This document shows, one piece after another, positions 38,839 to 49,704 of a stretch of DNA of 64,000 nucleotides. The DNA comes from Flaccisagitta enflata (Eukaryota). The DNA lies in the NCBI GenBank assembly GCA_965153355.1, contig OZ231126.1, positions 25,978,001 to 26,042,000 on the forward strand, written 5' to 3'. Position 1 is the stretch's first letter. Every line of letters starts with the position of its first letter. Below the pieces are notes generated by a model that saw only the letters and a list, made by a program, of their open reading frames with translations, was not told where the DNA came from and did no database searches. A program made the translations under genes and the position numbers.

Positions 38839-39802
38839 GACTTTTCTGACCCCAAATCAGGCCTCTCAGACCCCCAAAAAAGTCTTCCAAACCCTAAATT
38901 AGGCCTCTTAGATCCTAAATCAGGCCTCTCAGACCCCAAATCAGGCCTCTCAGACCCCAAATTAAGCATTTCAGACCCCAAATCAAGCAACTCAGACCCT
39001 AAATCAGGCCCTTTCAGACCCCAAATCAGACCGCTGAAACCCCAAATCAGGCCTCTCAGAACCAAATTAGGCCTCCCAGACCCCAAACAAGGCCCTTTCA
39101 GACCCCAAATTAGGCCCCTAAGCCCCCAAATCAGTCCTTTTCAGACCCCAAATCATGCCTCTCAGGCCCTAAATCAGACCTTTCAGACCCAAAATCAGGC
39201 CTCTCAGCCCCCCCAAACCAGAGAAAATTGTCCTATGTGGAATCATAGGTCATCGGCCATTCCAGGGCCGCTGCCCCTCTCATAAACTCATAATCTCATT
39301 CCCACATACACTAACTTAGGGGCATCGGGTACCGCTGACCACGTAACGCTTTTGCAACGATAGATTTTTTTTTAGATGATAAAAGGATGGATACACAGCT
39401 TCTTAAGACCTGTGCAGATGGGCACGGGCAGAGATGCAAAAACAGCTCTACGAACAAAAAACAAAAAAGGCATTGTTTCAGACTGACTGATAGACAGACC
39501 AATAGACCAGCCTTCTCCATCATTTGCACGCCGCTGAAGAAATTTAGAAAAAAAAAGAAAATCCATACTATGATTGCAGTGTTAACATGGATGTATAATT
39601 TAGCTAAAAACAAGCTGGGTTTGTCTGTCAGTCCTATGTTGAAAGAAAGAAAGGAAGCAAGAAAAAAAGAAGGCAGGAAGAACTACCTTTAAGAACTAAC
39701 TACAAGACTATAAGAAAGACAGAACTCAGACAGAAAGATCGAAGAAGTAAAAAAGAAATAAGAAACAAAGAAAAAAAAAAGAGACAAAGACAGGAAGAAA
39801 TA

Positions 39803-39805
39803 TGA

Positions 39806-39897
<92 letters not shown>

Positions 39898-40692
39898 AGG
39901 AAAGAAAGAAAGAAAGAAAGAAAGGAAGGAAGGAAGGAAAGAAGGAAAGGAGGAAAAAAGGAAGAGAGCTAGAAAGGAAGGGAGAAATTTGAAAAGGCAA
40001 TGGCAAAAAACAATGAGAATTTTGCATCAACGCCCATTTGTTTTGCTAAAGATGAAAACGAAAGTCATATTTCAACTCTCAATTAGGACCATAATTAACG
40101 ATTAAATTCTTTTAACTTGTTTGATAACTAATTTGCTAATTGATCGTTAATTATTCGTTAATTAATGACGATTAAACATCCCTAGGATCTTGAGGCCCAA
40201 ATCCTAGTCTCAAGGCTCAAATTGCAGCTTCCAGGCTCAAATTGCTCACATCCCAGCCTTGAGCCTTACATCCCAGCCTCAAGCCTCAAATCCCAGCCTC
40301 GAGGCTCATTTTATAGCATCTTGGCTCATATCACAGTCTCGAGGCGCAAATCACAGTCTCCAGGCTCAAATCACAGCCTCAAGGCTCAAAGCACAGCCTC
40401 GAGGCTTAAATCACAGCCTCGAGGCTCAAATTACAGCCTCGAGGCTCAAATTACAGCCTCGAGGCTCAAATCACAGCCTCGAGGCTCAGATTACAGCCTC
40501 AAGGCTCAAATCCTATTATTGATGGTCAAATTCAAGCCTCGAGCCTGAAATCTTTCTAAGCATAGGCCTTAGGCCCGTTTGGGGCCGCTGCCCCTCTCAC
40601 CATCACACATCCACATATACTCACATAGTCATTAAAGCAACGGTACCGCTGACCCTCTAACGCTTTTGCGACTATTGCTGTTGTCGTTGTCG

Positions 40693-40739
<47 letters not shown>

Positions 40740-40741
40740 GC

Positions 40742-40828
<87 letters not shown>

Positions 40829-40846
40829 GTTGTTGTTGTTGTTGTT
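39803..40846. repeat. (GAAA)n at 39803-39920 and (GTT)n at 40678-40846
   Basis: Direct. Confidence 0.95.
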
Positions 40847-41239
40847 GAATGATAATGCGCGGGACACGTTGGATTCAGTTTGATATCATTGATTATCAGC
40901 TTGTGATTTCAGATAGTGACATTCCCAATGAAATCCGGCTGCATGAACTGACATCTCAAAACCCAAACATCTAGAAGCAGTTAAGCCATGTCTTACATGG
41001 CCCAAAGGTGGTTTATTGTTAACCATGGGAGTTTTCCTTGACTGAACCCTGTTCAGGTTTCCCTAACTTAATGCTTGTCTCCTGGCCCCTGACAAATGGA
41101 AATTCATTTTTATTTACCTTTTTAACATGGGTCACCCCCTTGGGCGACGCATACCATGTTTATCCTCGGATGTCTGCTACTCGACTCAATAAAAAGCCGC
41201 ACTTTTAAATGGCAAATTAACATATTAAATTTCCAAATA

Positions 41240-41814
41240 ACGAGTGGTCAAAAAAAAAAAGTGATTTTTTTTGTTTTCTGATATCTTTTGTACAAAAATG
41301 TTTATTGTAAAATTTTTTTTTAGCTAACAAGGCCGGATACACGGCTACCCCAGTCGCGTGTGGGTGGGCAGGGGCTGTATTTGAGGTCACTCAATCATTT
41401 GGGCAGGTGCAGTGAAGCCAAAGACCGCAAAAACCCCCCAAAAAAGTAAAGTGTTATGAACGGACCAACGGACGGACCAACGGACGGATGGATGGACCGA
41501 CGGACCGACAAAGCGGGTTGTAGAGTCGCATAGCACGCAACTAAAAAGATAAGATGCAGGAGAATTTTTTTCATTATTGTGATTTTTGTGCTTTTTTTAT
41601 TTGTTTCAAATAATATTCAATAAACTTAATTTGATTTTGGACCGCTTTAATTTTTTGTAATATTTTTGGAAATTTTTAAAAATCTTTAGGAAATTCAAAA
41701 AATCATTCTTTTTTATATACTTTACTTTATTTTCAAAATATCAACTGATAAAAAGAATTTCAAACATGTTGGAGAAAAGGCTAGCTTAGTCACATTTTTT
41801 TTTTGACCACACGT
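41240..41814. mobile_element. TA-flanked MITE (ACGAGTGGTCAAAAAAAAAA TIR) containing a Helentron-like copy
   Basis: Inverted ends at 41240 and 41814, TA on both sides. Confidence 0.7.
41326..41547 (-). mobile_element. Helentron-like family A copy
   Basis: Same termini and GACN repeat as 28846-29044. Confidence 0.78.
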
Positions 41815-42322
41815 TAACTAGATAAAATCTTAGATCGTTAGAAAGCTCTTGAAAAGATCTTTTATTTGGCTCCAATCTGGCAATTCTAACTTTATTCTTT
41901 TAGAAATGGCATAAGAAATAGTAGAAACATTGTCATTATAAGTTTGCAATCCCATTGGAAAATGAGTATTTATACAAAGTAGTAGATAACTTTGACAAGA
42001 TCTAGCTCCTAAACCGTTTGAGATAGAGATCTAGGATTGGTCTAGAATGAAAGAAAATTTTAAAATCTTTAAAACTACTTCAACAAAAAATCTTTTTATA
42101 AGATTTCTCTATCTTTTTCATCAACTCAAAATGGGGTGTGGCTTTTTTTAGTCGAGTAGTGTTTTACATCAAATGTATCATATGGTTAACTGACTGTAGC
42201 AGACTCGATCTCTAAATAGATCGTTAACTTGAACAATAACAATATCTTTCTGCAAGATTGATTCAAAGCAATCAAAATCCATTGCACCATAACATGCCAT
42301 TTTCGGATCAAGAATCTTTAAT

Positions 42323-42509
42323 AACAAGGCCGGATACACGACCAATACCAGTCGCGGACGAATGGGCAGGGGTGGAAATGCGCGTTTTCACACTTTCAAA
42401 CTCGATCACCACGGACCGACGGACCGACGGACCGACGGACCGACGGACCGACGGACCGACGGACGGACGGACAAAGCCTCTTATAGAGTCGCTTGTCTGC
42501 GACTAAAAA
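42323..42509 (-). mobile_element. Helentron-like family A copy
   Basis: AACAAGGCCGGATACACG...(GGACCGAC)n...GCGACTAAAAA. Confidence 0.78.
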
Positions 42510-42665
42510 GCCGAATTAGTCTGGTGTACATATTGACATATTGACTCTCAGTATAGATCCCCATTGACTAGATATTGCAAACGCCACCAATGTTTTGATC
42601 TAAAACAAGCAATAAAAGAAAGAAAAATAGCACAAACCATCATCATACTTTTGTTAGTCAAAGAC

Positions 42666-45600
42666 TGGCGTGTTCAGGATTTCCCAAAAATGCAAAAAAC
42701 ACCTGTGCAGAAAGTTTGGGCACGTTATGAGGTTAGCATGACACAAAAAAATCATCAGCCGGGATTTTCTCTGAGTCCTCGGACCTCACCACTTCTTTAA
42801 AGTTGGCCTGTCAGGGCCCAAAAAGGGTGTTTTTGATGTACAACCCTCAAAATTGAAATACTGCGAAAATGGTCAAAATTTTGGCAAAAATCTTCATTCT
42901 TGGGCTTGTCGGGTAGGAATGACATCAAGGAAGGTGGTGGGGGGGGGGGTGGGGGGGGGGGGTGCCCCATGGGGTGGGGGCAAGGGGGTCAAATTGGCCA
43001 AAATTGAGGTCCTGATGGAGGTGGTTGTAAAAAATGACAAAAATTCAAAATGTTGATTTTTTTGGTCAAAATATGTTGTAACTTGATGATCTTAGCCAAA
43101 AAATCAAATGTAAATCGGAATCATGGGTCAAAAATGCCAAATAACAGCCCTTGTGGTTTTTATTGATTTCAGGGTATCTACCAATCAACTTTGAAGGCTG
43201 ATATCTCTTAAATGGTTAGGAGAAAACATTTTTGGTTAATCTCATTCCAAAGAGCACTCAAAAAACTTTCAGAAGCTTGTGAATTTTGTCCATGCTCATT
43301 CAAAAATGGCGCCTCAGTAGTCTCTCAAAGTACCGCAAAAAATTACTTTTTTGACTGTTTGACCTATACCACTGGGGTGTTTCATGGAGGGCTCATGGTT
43401 GAATTTGGGGCTGGCTGTGAAATCATAGTTGGGGTATAGTTAGATGAAGTCCTCAAGCACTTTTGTTGGCTTCCTGGAGGCTTCCACGAGTTACTCGGCC
43501 TCTGTACAGGTGGCCAAAAAGGCCAAAAAAGGCCAATAATGACAAAAAAAAACTTCAAAATTTAAATTTTTGGGTTAATTTGATTAGAAAATGTCTTTCT
43601 AGTTTACTCAGTTATATCTTATGGAATTGGGCTATGCTGAAAAACGACCAGCGAAAGCCGTGGGGGTCTCTAAGGACCCCAAAAATGGCCAAAAAAAGGG
43701 CAAAAAATGACTCATTTTAGGGAATATCAAAAAATAATGAAAAATAATGAAATTTTCTTATCAAATCATCAATTCATGCAAAAATATAGTCTCAGTGAAG
43801 TACAAGAGACTAGAAAAAGCAAAAAAAATCGACCCTCATGACTGTATCAGGCCAAAAACAGGTCAAATATAGCCATAGGCTTAAAATGACAAAAAAGCTT
43901 CAAAATTCAAATTTTTTTGTCAATTCGATTAGTAAAACCAAAACGTCTTTGTAATTTACTCAGTAAAAAACTTATGGAACTATGCTATGCTGAAGAACAA
44001 CCAGCGAAGCCCTGGGGGGCTCTAAGGACCCCAAATGGCAAAAAAAGGCCCAAAAATGACTCAGTTTAGGGATTATCAAAAAACAAGGCCGGATACACGG
44101 CAGGACAGTCGTGGACGGTTTGGCGGGAGCAGTGATGCAAAAACCGCTCGCAATTTAGAAATGTGACCGACCGACGGACGGACGGACGGAGGGACGGACG
44201 GACCAACCAACCAACCGTCACAGCAAGGTGTAGAGTCGCGTGTCTGCTACTAAAAATCTTTCCGCCGGGTCGTTAACCGGCATCACTAACGATTTCTTTG
44301 AAGCTTTTTTGTCATTTTAAGCCAACTTTGGCTATATTTGACCTGTTTTTGGCCTGATACAGCAATGAGGGTCGAATTTTTTTTCTATTTCTAGTCTCTT
44401 GTACTTCACTGTACTTCACTATATTTTTGCAAGAATCGATGATTTGATAAAAAAATTTCAATATTTTTCATTATTTTTTAATAAACCCTAATATGAGTCA
44501 TTTTTGGCCCTTATTTTGGCCATTTTGGGGTCCTTAGAGCCCCCCTAGGGCTTTCACTGGTTGTTCTTCAGCATAGCACAGTTCCATAAGGTTTAACTGA
44601 GTAAACTACAAGGACGTTTTGGTTTTTCTTTAACCAAAAAATTTGAATTTTGAAGCTTTTTTGTCATTTAAAGCCTACTTTGGCTATGTTAGACCTGTTT
44701 TTGGCCTGATACAGCCATGAGGGTCAAATTTTGTTGCTATTTCTAGTCTCTTGTACTTCCCAGAGACTATATTTTTTGCATGAATCAATGATTTGATGAA
44801 AAAATTTCATTATTTTTCATTATTTTTTGATATTCCCTAAAATGAGTCATTTTTTGCCCTTTTTTTGGCTATTCTGGGGTCCTTTGAGACCCCAATGGCT
44901 TTTGCTGGTCGTTTTTCAGCATAGTCCAATTCCATAAGATATAACTGAGTAAACTAGAAAGACATTTTGGTTCTTCTAATCAAATTAACCAAAAAATATG
45001 AATTTTGAAGCTTTTTTGTCATTTTTGGCCTTGTTTGGCCTTTATGGCCACCTGTACAGAGGCCGAGTGACTCGTGGAAGCCTCCAGAAAGCCAACGAAA
45101 GAGCTTGGGGACTTCATCTAACTATACCCCAACTATGATTTCACAGCCAGCCCCAAATTCAACCATGAGTACTCCATGAAACACCCCAGTGGTATAGGTC
45201 AAACAGTCAAAAAAGTAGTTTTTTGCTGTACTTTGCGAGACTACTGAGGCGCCATTTTTGAATGAAAATGGACAAAATTCACAAGCTTCTGAAAGTATTT
45301 TGAGTGCTCTTTTGAATGAGATTAACCAAAAATATTTTCTCCTAACCGTTTAAGAGATATCAGCCTTCAAAGTTGAATGGTAGATACCCTGAAATCAGTA
45401 AAAACCACAAGGGCTGTTATCTGGCATTTTTGACCCATGATTCCGATTTACATTTGGTTTTTTGGCTAAAATCATCAAGTTACAACATATTTTGACCAAA
45501 AAAATCAACATTTTGAATTTTTGTCATTTTTTACAACCACCTCCATCAGGACCTCAATTTTGGCCAATTTGACCCTCTTGCCCCCACCCCATGGGGCACC

Positions 45601-45893
45601 CCCCCCTGACCACCCACCCCACCACCTTCCTTGATGTCTTTCCTACCCAACAAGCCCAAGAATGAAGATTTTTGGCAAAATTTTGACCATTTTTGCAGTA
45701 TTTCAATTTTCAGGGTTGTACATCAAAAACACCCTTTTTGGGCCCTGACAGGCCAACTTTAAAGAAGTGGTGAGGTCCGAGGACTCAGAAAAAATCCCGG
45801 CTGATGATTTTTTTGTGTCATGCTAATCTCATAACATGCCCAAACTTTCTGCACAGGTGTTTTTTGCATTTTTGGGAAATCCTGAACACGCCA
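42666..45893. mobile_element. Foldback element, 3.2 kb, ~1.4-kb TIRs, up to 9-bp TSD (GTCAAAGAC), non-coding
   Basis: TSD at 42657-42665 and 45894-45902; 42666-~44080 mirrors ~44460-45893; ~340-bp internal subrepeats. Confidence 0.88.
44082..44256 (-). mobile_element. Helentron-like family A copy at the centre of the foldback element
   Basis: Same 3' hairpin and (GGAC)n tract. Confidence 0.75.
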
Positions 45894-46590
45894 GTCAAAG
45901 ACACCCACCTCTTCAAATCTGTTTTCGTTGACGTCCATTTCCGAAATCTGATATATTGCCATAGCAATCGTCCGATAGACACATATCTTTTTCTTGAAGG
46001 TACTCTAGACTTTTCGGTCACCTACACAGTGTAGCTCCCCATCCTCATTCATTTCTACTCTCTCTTTCTTTTTCCAGTTTTTCCTTTCTCTATTTTTCCT
46101 TTTCTTTTTTCTTTCTCCTTTTCTCTTTTTTCCCCTTGGAGGAGTCTGGTTTCATGTTCTGGAATCAGCAATTTTGATGCTTTCGTGGCCGAGGGACGAC
46201 CGGCGAGAAGATAATCAGCTTTCCTTTTTTTCATCATTCTTTTTTCATGTTTCCCCTTCTTTCCCTTTTTCTCTCCTTCTAAGTCTTGTAACCTGATCAG
46301 ACCTTTGTTTGTATTGCCTGTCTGACCATCCTTACTTCTCATACATTTTACTTTTATATCATTTTCATGGGCGAGTACTGAAGAGCAGGGGAAAAGTTAA
46401 AGAGAGGGTAGACAAAAAATTGACAGACAGCAGGACAAAATGCGGAAGATATTCGGGAAGCAAGCATCGGCCATAATATTCTATTTACTATATAACGTTC
46501 GTTTGTATACTAGAGGCTGTAAGCACTTAGCTGTCATCGGCGGGAATGGAGCAAGCTCATGCTGAATTGCAGTAAATTGGAATCAACGGG

Positions 46591-47239
46591 AATAGTCGCA
46601 AAAGCGTTAGATGGTCAGCGGTACCCGTTGCCCCTATATGAGTGTATGTGGGTATGAGGTGGTTAGTGGGGCAGCGGCCCCGAAGGGGCCGATGACCTAT
46701 GCTGATTTTATTTGAGCCTGGAGGCTGGGATTTGAGCCTGGAGGCTTGGATTTGAGCCTGGAGGCTGGGATTTGAGCTTCATGGCTGGGATTTGAGCCTC
46801 GAGGCTGGGATTTGAGCCTCGAGGCTGGGATTTGAGCCTCGAGGCTGGGATTTGAGCCTAGAGCCTGGGATTTGAGCCTAGAGCCTGGGATTTGAGCCTC
46901 GAGGCTGGGATTTGAGCCTCGAGGCTGGGATTTGAGCCTTGAGGCTGGGATTTGAGCCTTGAGCCTGGGATTTGAGCCTCGAGCCTGGGATTTGAGCCTT
47001 GAGCCTGGGATTTGAGCCTCAAACCTGGGATTTGAGCCTTGAGGCTGGGATCTGAACCTTGAGGCTGGGATCTGAGCCTCGAGGCTGGGATTTGGGCCTC
47101 GAGGCTAGGAGTTGGGCCTCGATGCTGGAATATGGTCTCCAAGGGGGGGGGGGACGAAGAAGATGGAGGAGAAGAAGGAGAAATTTCTGCATATGTGAAA
47201 GCATAGGTCATCGGCCCCTTCGGGGCCGCTGCCCAAAAA
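46591..47239 (-). mobile_element. Helentron-like family B element with an internal 20-bp minisatellite (reference copy)
   Basis: Sub-TIR GGGCAGCGGCCCCGAAGGGGCCGATGACCTATGC at the 5' end and ~80 bp from the 3' end; 3' tail ...AACGCTTTTGCGACTATT; ~19 units of GAGGCTGGGATTTGAGCCTC. Confidence 0.72.
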
Positions 47240-47929
47240 GGAGCGAAATCGCTTGAATTAGAGGCATGGCCATGTAAGCTAACGTACCCACCCAAGTTTA
47301 ATCTTAGCAAAAATTAGATGAGGATGATACTTGATAAAAGTTTTTTTTAGCGGGAAAAGGCGTATCATAAGCAATGATGAAAGAGGTACCTTCTGCTTTC
47401 TAAATCATGTGTCAACCTACATATCCATATGTGCATCGGCCCATCTATGAAATTGTCTGGCAGACTGTTAGTTCTTTTCTCTGTCAGTTTATGACTGTTC
47501 GTCTTTCTGCGCAACATCTTTCCTGGCGATCTGTCTTTCGGGTGGCGTGTCAGTCAGTCTGTATTCCTTGGACATCGGTATGAGTCTGCCCATCTGTCTA
47601 TCTATTATTTTGTTTGTACGTGTAACTATCAGAGTCAGACTGTCTGTCTTCCTTTCCTTCTCCCTCCCGATTCGCCCTGTCGCGTCCCGACCTTGAGGAT
47701 GATGAATAATTTATTTTTGTCCTCTGCGCTTTTCGCCTATTCCAGATCCAGAACGGGATTGCAAGAGAGAGAGAGAGAAAGAGAGACAGAAAGAGAGACA
47801 GAAAGAGAGACAGAAAGAGAGACAGAAAGAGGGACAGAAAAAAAGACGTGTTAAACTTTATTCATGTGTAAAAATATCCTTTCACTTATAACAGCACTAT
47901 CAATGAGGTATTAAGGTAGCCTCTATCGA

Positions 47930-48081
47930 GTTTTTAGTTGCGGACACGCAACTCTATAAGAGGCTTTGTCCGTCCGTCCGTCCGTCCGTCCGTCCGTCGG
48001 TCGGTTGAAAAGTGGGAAAACGCGTATTTCCGCCCCTGCCCACCCGTCCGCAACTGATGGCCGTGTATCCGGCCTTGTTTT
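47930..48081 (+). mobile_element. Helentron-like family A copy
   Basis: TTTTTAGTTGCGG...(GTCC)n...CCGCAACT...GGCCGTGTATCCGGCCTTGTT. Confidence 0.78.
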
Positions 48082-49704
48082 CTCTTTCTTAGCTTTCGTT
48101 ATTATTTGTTGAACACTGGTATGAAATAATACCCACTTGGCTGTATCGTATTCCTAAACCTATGAAATGAATTAAAACAGTTACCAGTAATTATAACTTT
48201 AGTAAAATAATGATGCCACTTTCAGAAATGCAATGTCGTATGTGTACCGTAGATTCATTGCGTCTTTACCTCTGGGAAACCATTCATCTTTTCAATTGAT
48301 ATTCCTGTTCATCCCATCCACTCATTTCATTCATTCATTCATTCATTCATTCATTCATTCATTCATTCATTCATTCATTCATTCATTCATTCATTCATTC
48401 ATTGATTCATTCATTCATCCCTCTAAAGAAAGTCAAGATTTTCCCACCTATCGGGCTGCAACGTGCAGTTTCGTGTTCGAGACCTGGATTCTTTTACCTG
48501 GGTTTCCATCTCCGTCAAAACCTCTTTTTTTCTTTCCTCCGTTCTCCGTAACTTTTTTCTTTGCCCTGACACTGACAGGCATAACTCACGAACGAGGGAA
48601 AACTTTTTCCAACCTCAGGTTTTCTCTTCATTTTTTTGACCCAGATGTTGCAGATAATATACAACTTTACAGCAGTTTATTACTCTCAACTAGCAATTCC
48701 TAGAACTAACTTTTTTTCTAGTTTCCTTTATTCAGTAAATAGGACTTTCCGAAACACGTCTGTTTTCCGGAGCTGCCTTCTTGTATTAATTTGAACTTAA
48801 AACATGGCTAAAACATAATTCATATTTATCTAAAGCCGGAAACACGGCCACCCAAGTCGCGTGCAGGGGGGGCAGGGACTGTGGTGAAAAAGGCTTACCA
48901 TGCATTTGGGCAGGAGCAGTAATGCTATGATCGTCCGTATACGCTTAGAAAGTAAAACAAGTCATCCAAGGATTGCACAAGGTCAGCGGTACCCGATGCC
49001 CTGCTTGGAGTGATCAGCTGAAGAAGTAGAGTGAGAGCAGGGCAGCGGCCCCAAAGGGCTCTTCTTGTCATATTACATTTATGGTTTTCCTCATATGTGA
49101 TGTTCATTTCGCCTTTTTTGAATCTAATTGCCCATACAAAAGATGCCGTCGTTGAAGAATTTTGAAGAAAGGTATTTACTCTAAACATAGGTAATAGAAG
49201 ATATCTGCCTGAAATATAAAAAGTCAATCATTCCATTATGAGCCAGAGTTGCTGATTGAGCGCTTTGAAAGAAAATGCATAAACATCTATTTTGCATTTG
49301 GATGGCTCTTATTTTGTGTGAATCTTGGTATATTGTCAAAACACTTGTACAGAGAGAGGGTTTTCGCAAGAGAGCATTTTTGCAATTGTGTGTTTTTTGC
49401 CTCGAAATGTATGAGATATTCATGTGTTTTCTAATGAGTAGTATAAGAGATTGGATACGAGATTCATTCCAGGCTAGTAACAGTGACGAGTGAAAATTCG
49501 ATACACAACTCAATTTCTCGGTATCAACTTTTTCTTGATTTAAATCAAATTTCAAGGTCAAACCATGAACCTTTTGAAGCTATTTCAAGAATGCTTCAAC
49601 TACTAACTTTAGACATTAAAAAAGTCTCTAGATTAACAAAAATTCAATGTATAGTAAAACTAGCTTTGTATTAGATTTTCTGTTAATTGATATGTATTGC
49701 TTCA

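Larger units (their letters stand above)
37079..40184. mobile_element. Possible hAT-like element hosting nested insertions
   Basis: Right end reads TAGGGATG on the minus strand; repeated CGTTAAT motifs at both subtermini; left terminus and TSD not convincing. Confidence 0.35.
36973..40676 (+). mobile_element. Outer family B element of a nested stack
   Basis: 5' TTTTTGGGCAGCGG at ~36973; 20-bp array ~40190-40545; sub-TIR and 3' tail at 40560-40676. Confidence 0.6.
41175..42161. mobile_element. CACTA/EnSpm-like non-autonomous element carrying nested insertions
   Basis: Right end reads CACTACTCGACTAAAAAAAGCCACAC on the minus strand and matches left (TG)CTACTCGACTCAATAAAAAGCCGCAC; TSD unclear. 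Confidence 0.5.

Noticed and set aside
46720-47110. Palindromic 20-bp repeats as a CRISPR array (also 5035-5342, 38345-38735, 40190-40545)
   Set aside because: Head-to-tail units with no unique spacers, no cas genes, eukaryotic context.
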